A stretch of 64,000 nucleotides of DNA from an uncultured Candidatus Binatia bacterium (GTDB taxonomy: Bacteria; Desulfobacterota; Binatia; Bin18): positions 3,328,001-3,392,000 of the forward strand of contig OZ241744.1 in NCBI GenBank assembly GCA_965200965.1. The letters are read 5' to 3'. Shown here in pieces: positions 30,721 to 37,834 of the stretch. The first letter of the stretch is position 1. Every line of letters begins with the position of its first letter. The position numbers and the translations under genes were made by a program. Under the pieces are notes generated by a model, which saw nothing but the letters and a program-made list of their open reading frames with translations, was not told the origin of the DNA and made no database searches.

Positions 30721-31603
30721 CAAAACCCTGCTGTTCATCCATGCCCTGACCGGTCTCCACCCCGGCAGCGGCACAGCCCTGGGCGTCGTCGATTTGCCGG
30801 TACAGCGTGAGCGTCACACCGGCTGGCCGCTCATACCGGGCTCATCGCTCAAGGGTGTGATGCGGGCCGGATGCGCCAAGGACGACCGGGAAAATAACGA
30901 TGTCCTGGCGGCATTCGGTCCAGAGACCCCCGCGGCGTCCGACCACGCCGGCGCGGTCGCCTTTTCGGATGCGCGCATTCTGGCCTTCCCGGTGCGCTCG
31001 CTGACCGGCGTGTTTGCCTGGGTGACCTGCCGCGATGTGCTGACCCGGCTTGAGCGTGACCTCAAGCTTGTCGGCGCTGACTTCCCCGCTATCCCTCGTG
31101 TTGAAGAAGGCAAAGCCGCCTGTGCCAGGGACAGCCCGCTGATCGCCCACGGCGAAAAACTCATGCTGGAAGAGCTCGAGTTCTCTCACGGCGGCGACGC
31201 CGGAAAGATTGCAGACTGGATCGCATCGCAGGCCGTGGAAGACGAGGGGACAAAAGACAGGCTGCGCTCACATCTGGCCGTCCTGCCTGATAACGATTTC
31301 ACCTACTTTGTCCGCAACGCCACCGAGGTCGTAGCCCGGATCGGGCTTGACGAAAAGAAGACCGTCCGCACGGGCGCACTCTTCTACGAGGAGTATCTGC
31401 CGGCCGAAACCCTCTTCTACTCGCTGGTGATATGCAGCGACAGCCGCCGCCCAGGCTCGCGGCTTTCCAGCGCTGCCGACATCCTCAACTGGCTTTGTGA
31501 CAGTGCGCCCAAGACGCTTCAGATCGGCGGCGGTGAGACAGTTGGCAAGGGCTTCTGCGCGGTCCGCTTCGCCGACCCGGCCAAGGAGAAAGACCATGAG
31601 TGA
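30713..31603 (+). CDS. cmr4: Type III-B Cmr4
   Basis: LHPGSG, DLPVQRERHT, PGSSLKG, LFYEEYLP, QIGGGETVGKG. Confidence 0.95.
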   Translation: MSDKTLLFIHALTGLHPGSGTALGVVDLPVQRERHTGWPLIPGSSLKGVMRAGCAKDDRENNDVLAAFGPETPAASDHAGAVAFSDARILAFPVRSLTGVFAWVTCRDVLTRLERDLKLVGADFPAIPRVEEGKAACARDSPLIAHGEKLMLEELEFSHGGDAGKIADWIASQAVEDEGTKDRLRSHLAVLPDNDFTYFVRNATEVVARIGLDEKKTVRTGALFYEEYLPAETLFYSLVICSDSRRPGSRLSSAADILNWLCDSAPKTLQIGGGETVGKGFCAVRFADPAKEKDHE

Positions 31604-32015
31604 CAGCCAGCCGACCCTTGACCAGCGTCGCGCCCAACACGCCTGGAAAGCTGTGGAACGCGCCGGCAAATTACAGGACGCCAAGGATTTTGCCCGAGAA
31701 GCCAAGCGGCTGCCCGTCCGCATCAAGACCGCCGGCCTCGGCCAAGCCCTGGCCTTCCTCAACGCCAAGTCCAAGTCAGACAGTGAAGATTATCGGGGCC
31801 AATTGCTGAAGGAGTTGGGCAACTGGTTGTTGAAGGAGCGCCGTTTAGCGCCGTGGCCAAAAGGGGCCACCGACCGCGACGCAGTGCTCCAGGCTATCAT
31901 TGGCGGAGACGCCAAGCTGCTACGCCGCGCCACCGAAGAGGCCCTGTTCTACCTGCAATGGCTGACCCGCTTCAGCGAAGCCAAGTTCAAGCCTGACGAG
32001 GAACCCTCAAGATGA
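31596..32015 (+). CDS. cmr5: Type III-B Cmr5 small subunit
   Basis: TLDQRRAQHAW, LPVRIKTAGLGQALAFL, ATEEAL.YLQWL.RF. Confidence 0.9.
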   Translation: MSDSQPTLDQRRAQHAWKAVERAGKLQDAKDFAREAKRLPVRIKTAGLGQALAFLNAKSKSDSEDYRGQLLKELGNWLLKERRLAPWPKGATDRDAVLQAIIGGDAKLLRRATEEALFYLQWLTRFSEAKFKPDEEPSR

Positions 32016-32080
32016 TGACTGTGGTGCGTTTGTTGATGATCGACGCTTCAGCGAAGCCAAGTTCAAGCCTGACGAGGAAC
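31968..32080. repeat. Perfect 37-bp direct repeat separated by 39 unique bp
   Basis: CGCTTCAGCGAAGCCAAGTTCAAGCCTGACGAGGAAC at 31968-32004 and 32044-32080. Confidence 0.95.
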
Positions 32081-32084
32081 ACCA

Positions 32085-34406
32085 ATGACGCATGAGGACT
32101 TGTACACGAAGCCGCTCCTGCCGCAGGCCACACGCAAACTTGTGGATACGGAGAAGCCACTAGTTTCACTTGCTCGGCGTCATCCTGGCCTGCAACTCGA
32201 CAAGCTGTCGGCTGTCGGTGACGGAAAGATGGAAGCCCAGAAAGTTGCCTTGGTCAAAGCCACCAAGACGCTTCGGGACGAGCCTCTGTTCCGGTCCCTT
32301 TTGGCCCGCCGTCAGGCCATGCTTGACGCCCTTGGCGCAAAACGCCTGCCGATGATCACCCGCGGCTCATTGACCCTGCACCTGTCGCGTTCGGGGGCGC
32401 TGGAGAACGCCGGCATCGCCCTGCATCCGGTCTACGGCTTTGTGTACCTGCCGGGCAGCGGCATCAAGGGCCTGGCCCGTGCCTGGGCCGAGACCGTCTG
32501 GGCTTCCGCGCAACCTGACAAAAAGGACGCTTGGCGTCAGATTGAAGAAGCCTGTGGCTGGAGTCCTCAATCGGAAAACCACAAGTTTCCCCAGCCGAAA
32601 AAGGGGTTGCCGGGCTGGCGTCCGAGCGAAATAAAGCCACAGCCGGGGGCCGCGGCCGGCCGTCTGGTATTTCACGATGCCTGGCCGCTCCGCTGGCCGT
32701 GCCTGATCCTGGATGTCATCAATAACCACCACGCGAAATACTATGCAGATGAAGACGCCCCGGGTGACTGGGAAGAACTGACTCTGGTCTATTTTCTCGC
32801 TGTTGGCGGAGACGAACAGTTCGAGTTTGCCATCTCCGACCGCAAGCCCAAGGATGACGGCCTGCTTGATCTCGCCTGTGGCTGGCTCCGGGACGCGCTG
32901 ACAACCGAAGGCGCTGGCGCGAAGACCGCGGCCGGTTATGGCCGCTTCAAGCCGGCCGAAGGTGAAGCGCCGGCCGTGCCCTCGCCCGATTTCACCAAAG
33001 CCGGTTTTGCCAGCGCGAGTTTCAACTTGAAGCTGGTCACACCGGCCTTTCTCGCCGGCGCTTCCCAGCAGCAGGGTGACTGTGACCTGCGCCCGGCCAC
33101 CCTGCGCGGCCTGCTGCGCTGGTGGTGGCGGACCATGCACGCCGCCCACCTTGACCGGAGCACGCTCAAGAAACTCGAAACCGCGGTATGGGGTGATGCA
33201 GAGTCGGGCAGCCCGGTGCGCATCGCGGTGGATTTCGTCAATGGTGGCCAGCCGCAGCAGTACAACAAGAAAGCTCAGCAGTTTCAGAACCTGCCGAAAC
33301 CACCGCGCGGGCAAAAGGTCACACAAGGCTTGTTCTACGCTTCCTACGGTATGGCCGACGACCCCAAAAAAGGAGGGCGCTGGTACCGACCGGCAGGGTC
33401 CTGCTGGCGCGTGACTCTGACAGTAAGGACAGGCCGGTTTAATCGTGTCTCTCTCATGCCCAAACAGTTCTTGGATCAGGCCACCGCGGCCCTGTGGCTG
33501 ATGACACAGTTTGGCGGGGCTGGGTCTCGTTCGCGCAAGGGCTTCGGTTCCTTCGACGATATTGAGGTCCAGGGCGTTGGCTCAAAAGATGATTGCATAA
33601 AGCTGGCAAGTCGGTTCCGAATAGAATGCTCTCTCGAAATAAACAAAGGCAAGACTGCGGACACGCCCGCACTCGAAGAGATGCTGAACATGGGGATGGG
33701 GCAGCCTACTGTCTGGAAAGACCCTTGGCACGCGCTTGACCAGATTGGCATGGCGCTCCAACTGTTTGCCAAAAAAGGTCTTGACTCCAAAGAACGCAGC
33801 GTACTCGGCCTTCCGCGCCGTGTGGGGAGGGGACGCGAGGCACAGTCTCTCAGAGCCGGGCAGATTGACCGTCACGCTTCTCCGGCCTTCTGGAGCCTTG
33901 CCTGCCGCCAAGACGGGCTCCTGCTGATTCGTCTTATTGCCTTCCCCGCCGCCCGGCTGCCTGACAAGCGCGTCAGCAAGGAAAAGCTGGAACATCTGGT
34001 AGAATTTGCGCGCAAAAAGCTTGCACAGCCGCGCCCCTCGCCGAGGGTTGCGCCCGATAAAGGCGGAGTCACCCCTCAGCCCGATCAAGGGCTCGTCAGG
34101 TCTCAGGAAGTCCAACCCAGACAGGAACGGGCCAACTCCGTATCAGCGGACCCCGCGGGGGAAGAGGCAAAGCGCGTCAAGGGCCGAATCGGGGATCTCG
34201 GGGGAAAAGGCGATGTCAGCAAAATGCCGGAGATTGTGAAACAGATCGCTCAACTCTCCGCTCCGGCTGCCCGCTATGAGTGTGCCCAACGACTTAAGCA
34301 ATGGCTGATGCGCGGAGGCAAGAAAAGTTTGTGGAAGGAGAAGAAACACGCCACCACAGCCTGGCGTCAGCAACTCAACAGCCTGCTTGAGCAAAAGCAG
34401 GAATAA
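32085..34406 (+). CDS. cmr6: Cmr6-Cmr1 RAMP fusion
   Basis: N-half is Cmr6 (LHPVYGFVYLPGSGIKG, GAGAKTAAGYG). C-half is Cmr1 (LVTPAFLAGA, LRGLLRWWWR, GGAGSRSRKGFGS). There is no separate cmr1 gene. Confidence 0.9.
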   Translation: MTHEDLYTKPLLPQATRKLVDTEKPLVSLARRHPGLQLDKLSAVGDGKMEAQKVALVKATKTLRDEPLFRSLLARRQAMLDALGAKRLPMITRGSLTLHLSRSGALENAGIALHPVYGFVYLPGSGIKGLARAWAETVWASAQPDKKDAWRQIEEACGWSPQSENHKFPQPKKGLPGWRPSEIKPQPGAAAGRLVFHDAWPLRWPCLILDVINNHHAKYYADEDAPGDWEELTLVYFLAVGGDEQFEFAISDRKPKDDGLLDLACGWLRDALTTEGAGAKTAAGYGRFKPAEGEAPAVPSPDFTKAGFASASFNLKLVTPAFLAGASQQQGDCDLRPATLRGLLRWWWRTMHAAHLDRSTLKKLETAVWGDAESGSPVRIAVDFVNGGQPQQYNKKAQQFQNLPKPPRGQKVTQGLFYASYGMADDPKKGGRWYRPAGSCWRVTLTVRTGRFNRVSLMPKQFLDQATAALWLMTQFGGAGSRSRKGFGSFDDIEVQGVGSKDDCIKLASRFRIECSLEINKGKTADTPALEEMLNMGMGQPTVWKDPWHALDQIGMALQLFAKKGLDSKERSVLGLPRRVGRGREAQSLRAGQIDRHASPAFWSLACRQDGLLLIRLIAFPAARLPDKRVSKEKLEHLVEFARKKLAQPRPSPRVAPDKGGVTPQPDQGLVRSQEVQPRQERANSVSADPAGEEAKRVKGRIGDLGGKGDVSKMPEIVKQIAQLSAPAARYECAQRLKQWLMRGGKKSLWKEKKHATTAWRQQLNSLLEQKQE

Positions 34407-34462
34407 CGGAACGAGGCCTCCCATGCCCACACCCGACACGGGGGACAGAGAGGAGGACGCCG

Positions 34463-34873
34463 ATGACGGCCTACACTATTGACACCCATGAAACCGTGCG
34501 GCAATTGGCGGCCGCCGGCATTCCTGACAATCAGGCCGAAGCCATTGTCGCCGCCCTCAGCCGCTCGGATACCGAACTTGCCACCAAGACTGATCTCAGG
34601 CAGGAGTGCGCGGCGGTCAAAGCCGATCTCAGACAGGAAATCGCGGCAGTCAAGACTGACCTTCAGCGGGAGATTACCGCGGTCCGGGTTGACCTCAGCC
34701 AGGAGATTGCCACAGTCAAGACCGACCTCCAGCGGGAGATTACCGCGGTCCGGGCCGACCTTGAGGTTTTGCGGTCTGAGGTGAAGGCCGAACTCGGTGC
34801 CGCTATCAATAAGGTGTTGCTGGCTCAAATCGCCGTTGCCGGTTTGCTGTTTGCCGCTATCAAGTTGTTTTAG
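34463..34873 (+). CDS. DUF1640/CCDC90-like membrane-anchored coiled-coil protein
   Basis: IDTH..VRQL.AAG...QAEAIV head, LATKTDL neck, 11-residue repeats (KTDLQREITAV), C-terminal TM. Confidence 0.8.
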   Translation: MTAYTIDTHETVRQLAAAGIPDNQAEAIVAALSRSDTELATKTDLRQECAAVKADLRQEIAAVKTDLQREITAVRVDLSQEIATVKTDLQREITAVRADLEVLRSEVKAELGAAINKVLLAQIAVAGLLFAAIKLF

Positions 34874-34884
34874 GAGGCATGGCC

Positions 34885-34950
34885 ATGTCACAAACCGAGA
34901 GCCGTCAAAGAGTGCTGGTGCTGACCGTCGGCACGGGCAATCCGACTGAC
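34885..34950 (+). pseudogene. 5' stub of a second CARF-type gene
   Basis: RBS AGGAGG, then MSQTESRQRVLVLTVGTGNPTD (resembles the CARF first strand/TVG loop), cut off by the repeat copy. Confidence 0.5.
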
Positions 34951-35108
34951 CGGTTGCCCGCTATGAGTGTGCCCACCGTCTTAAGCAGTGCTGATGCGCG
35001 GAGGCAAGAAAAGTTTGTGGAAGGAGAAGAAGTACGCCACCACAGCTTGGCGTCAGCAACTCAACAGCCTGCTTGAGCAAAAGCAGGAATAACGGAAGGA
35101 GATCTCCC

Positions 35109-36257
35109 ATGCCCACACCCAACACGCTGCTTTGTACGGTCGGGACAAGCTTATTCTATCCTAATCTCAATCAACTCGCCTCGGAAACTCAGGCCAACCC
35201 TACTCGTGCCGCTCTGTCCAAGGCGTATACCGAACAGAACTGGCCGGAGGTGGCGACCCAACTGCATACCATCCCGCCAACCGAGCGGCTGTGTGGCGCT
35301 GAGATTAACTCAGTGGCGAATCTCCTGGAACAGGAAACTGTCGAAAAAGTCCGTTTGCACTTGCTGTTTTCCGATACAAGGGATGGAGAACATATCGCTG
35401 CCGTACTGAAGGCATACTTCAAACGCGATGGCTGGCAGCAAGTACAAACCCACCGGATAGAAGACTTGAAAGACGCGGATCCGAAAGCCTTTCGGACCAG
35501 AGGCTTGCGTAATCTGGCAAAAACCCTGGGCGAGCGAGTACGCGAAACCGGACCGGCCTACTGCGCTATAAACGCCACCGGCGGCTATAAAGCCCAGATC
35601 GCCATTGCGGTTCTCATGGGCCAGGCACTCAGCATTCCAGTGTATTACAAGCATGAGCGTTTTGACGAGATCATCCCCTTTCCTCCGATGCCGGTGGCGC
35701 TCGATTTTTCGCTCTGGCTCCAGGCCAGCGGCATGTTCATGGCGCTTGGCCAGCCCAACGCTTGTGAGCCAGAGGAGCGGTTTCGGGAAGACTGGAATGA
35801 ACGTTTTGAGCCCTTGGTCAACCGGGTAGAAGTCGATGGTACGGTCTGTCTGGAACTTTCGGCAACTGGCCAGATTTTTCACGAGACCTTCCGTTCTCGT
35901 TTCCAGCAGCATAAGACCGGCCGGCTGCCGCGTAAGGCAACACAGACCGAGAAGCAGTCGCCCAATCTTGGACAGCATGGCTACGGACAAGCCCGCGCCC
36001 CAATTGGGCACTTTTTGCGAAAACTCACCGACGAGCGGTCTTATGTCCGCTTGTGTCACTCAACATACTGGAACCCGGATCTGCCTGAATCGTCTCGATT
36101 TCGACAGTCGGGGGGCGAGGTCGAAGGCATATACTCGAACGGGTCCTGGTGTGTGAAGTTCACAGTGCTCACAACAACCGATAAGCAGGACGGCTCAGAC
36201 CAGGACGCCTTAGCTGTTATTGTGACCGATCTTAATGAATGGCTTGCCACCTCTTAG
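35109..36257 (+). CDS. CARF-domain CRISPR ancillary protein (APE2256/TIGR02619-like) with C-terminal domain
   Basis: LLCTVGTSL, AEINS, SDT.DG, NATGGYKA, VYYKHERF...PP.P. Confidence 0.85.
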   Translation: MPTPNTLLCTVGTSLFYPNLNQLASETQANPTRAALSKAYTEQNWPEVATQLHTIPPTERLCGAEINSVANLLEQETVEKVRLHLLFSDTRDGEHIAAVLKAYFKRDGWQQVQTHRIEDLKDADPKAFRTRGLRNLAKTLGERVRETGPAYCAINATGGYKAQIAIAVLMGQALSIPVYYKHERFDEIIPFPPMPVALDFSLWLQASGMFMALGQPNACEPEERFREDWNERFEPLVNRVEVDGTVCLELSATGQIFHETFRSRFQQHKTGRLPRKATQTEKQSPNLGQHGYGQARAPIGHFLRKLTDERSYVRLCHSTYWNPDLPESSRFRQSGGEVEGIYSNGSWCVKFTVLTTTDKQDGSDQDALAVIVTDLNEWLATS

Positions 36258-36300
36258 GATGGAAGAGGGTTGAAGCGCAAATCGCCTGGAGCCGAACTCG

Positions 36301-37338
36301 ATGCCTACCTTGTACGTTACCGAGCCGGGGGCGGTGGTGCGCCGCTCGGCTGGTTCCATTGTGGTCACGCTTGACGAAGACCCCGACGGGCCTGGACCGC
36401 TGCCCGAGCGCCGGCGGCGGCTGATTGAGGTCGAACCCCACCGGCTGGAGTTGATCGCTCTCTTGGGCCGGGTGCATATCACCTCGGACGCAACCCAGCT
36501 CTGCCTTGAGCAAGGCATTGCCGTTGCCTGGTTCCGGGCCAACGGTGACTTTGTGGGCCGTCTGGTGCCCGAGCTGTCGCGGACGGCTGACTTGCGGCTG
36601 GCTCAGTTCCATATGGTTACAGACGAACGGCAGGCGCTCCCGCTGGCCCAGACCTTTGTGACGGCCAAGCTCCACAACGCCGCCGGGGTGCTGACCGCCC
36701 TGCGCTCCAACCGCGGTGGCGAGCCGGCCTTGGGCCGGGCGATTGGCGACCTCAAGGCGCTGGCAGACACGGTTTCCGGGGCGTCCAGCCGGGACGTATT
36801 GATGGGCTTTGAGGGCGACGCTGCCCGGCGCTATTTCTCAGGGCTGAAGCTTGGTTTTACCGGCGACATTGACTTTACCGGCCGTGCTCGCCGGCCGCCG
36901 CCCGACCCGGCTAACGCCCTGCTGTCCTTCGGCTATGTCCTGCTGGCCAATGCCTTGTCCAACCTGCTGGAAGCGCGCGGTTTTGACCCCTATCTCGGCT
37001 TCATGCACACCGTCCGCTCCGGTCGTCCCAGCCTGGCCCTTGACCTGCTTGAAGAACTGCGCCACCCGGTCGTGGACCGCTTTGTGTTGCGGGCGTGTAA
37101 CCTGCGCCAGTTACGCCCCGGGCATTTCGAGGCCGACCAGGAGCGGGGCGGGGTGCGGCTGACACGCGATGGGCTGCGAACCTTCTTCCGCGCCTGGGAG
37201 GCGTTCATGGACGCCCCCCTGCCGGGGGTAGAGGAGGACATTTGCCCGGAGGACCTGCTCCGCCGTCAGGCTGACCGCCTGGCCGGCCATGTGCGCGGCC
37301 ATGAGCTTTACCAGCCCGTGCTGCTGCGCCACTCGTAA
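36301..37338 (+). CDS. cas1: CRISPR-associated endonuclease Cas1
   Basis: TLYVTEPG, GFEGDAARRYF, PPPDPANALLSFGY, GFMH, SLALDLLEELR. Confidence 0.97.
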   Translation: MPTLYVTEPGAVVRRSAGSIVVTLDEDPDGPGPLPERRRRLIEVEPHRLELIALLGRVHITSDATQLCLEQGIAVAWFRANGDFVGRLVPELSRTADLRLAQFHMVTDERQALPLAQTFVTAKLHNAAGVLTALRSNRGGEPALGRAIGDLKALADTVSGASSRDVLMGFEGDAARRYFSGLKLGFTGDIDFTGRARRPPPDPANALLSFGYVLLANALSNLLEARGFDPYLGFMHTVRSGRPSLALDLLEELRHPVVDRFVLRACNLRQLRPGHFEADQERGGVRLTRDGLRTFFRAWEAFMDAPLPGVEEDICPEDLLRRQADRLAGHVRGHELYQPVLLRHS

Positions 37339-37350
37339 GGAGATTCACTG

Positions 37351-37638
37351 ATGCCCCATTTTGTGGTGTGTTATGATATTACGAGCGATCAGCGCCGCCG
37401 TCATGTGGCCGAATGCCTGGATACCTACGGTGATCGTGTGCAGGACAGCGTGTTTGAGATGGTGGTCGATCGCGCGCTCTTTGACAGATGTATCTCAGAG
37501 TTATCCGGTCTGATTGACCCGACCGAGGACACCGTGGCGGCTTACCGCTTATGCGCCGCCTGCGAGAAAGAGCGGGTGTATCTGGGTCTGGGCGAGCAGG
37601 CCGAGCGAGTCGGTGAGGAGGATGTCTTCATCGTCTGA
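37351..37638 (+). CDS. cas2: CRISPR-associated Cas2
   Basis: VVCYDI, YGDRVQDSVFE, YRLC..C. Confidence 0.97.
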   Translation: MPHFVVCYDITSDQRRRHVAECLDTYGDRVQDSVFEMVVDRALFDRCISELSGLIDPTEDTVAAYRLCAACEKERVYLGLGEQAERVGEEDVFIV

Positions 37639-37834
37639 ACGGTAGTCGTAACCGCCTCCGGCCCGGAAAACCGGCGGGGGTTACGAAACCGGGGAAGCGT
37701 ATGAAATCGCTGGGGTTTTATACCCTCCGTCGCAGCGAGAACCGCCCGGTCGGGCGACACAGGCCGTTCCGATCGGGCGGTTACGAAAACCGGCGAGCTA
37801 AACGCTTGTCAGAGAAGTGGAATTTTGTTATACG
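37639..37834 (+). promoter_or_regulatory. CRISPR leader
   Basis: Non-coding gap between cas2 and the first repeat. Contains an 11-bp inverted repeat (37646-37656/37776-37786) and an AT-rich repeat-proximal end. Confidence 0.75.

Larger units (their letters stand above)
34263..35126. repeat. Imperfect direct repeat of about 177 bp (cmr6/1 3' end plus start of next gene)
   Basis: 34263-34440 versus 34950-35126, with scattered substitutions and a 1-nt indel. Confidence 0.9.

Noticed and set aside
36301-37338. RT-Cas1 or Cas4-Cas1 fusion
   Set aside because: It is a 345-aa stand-alone Cas1 with no YADD or Cas4 cysteine motifs.
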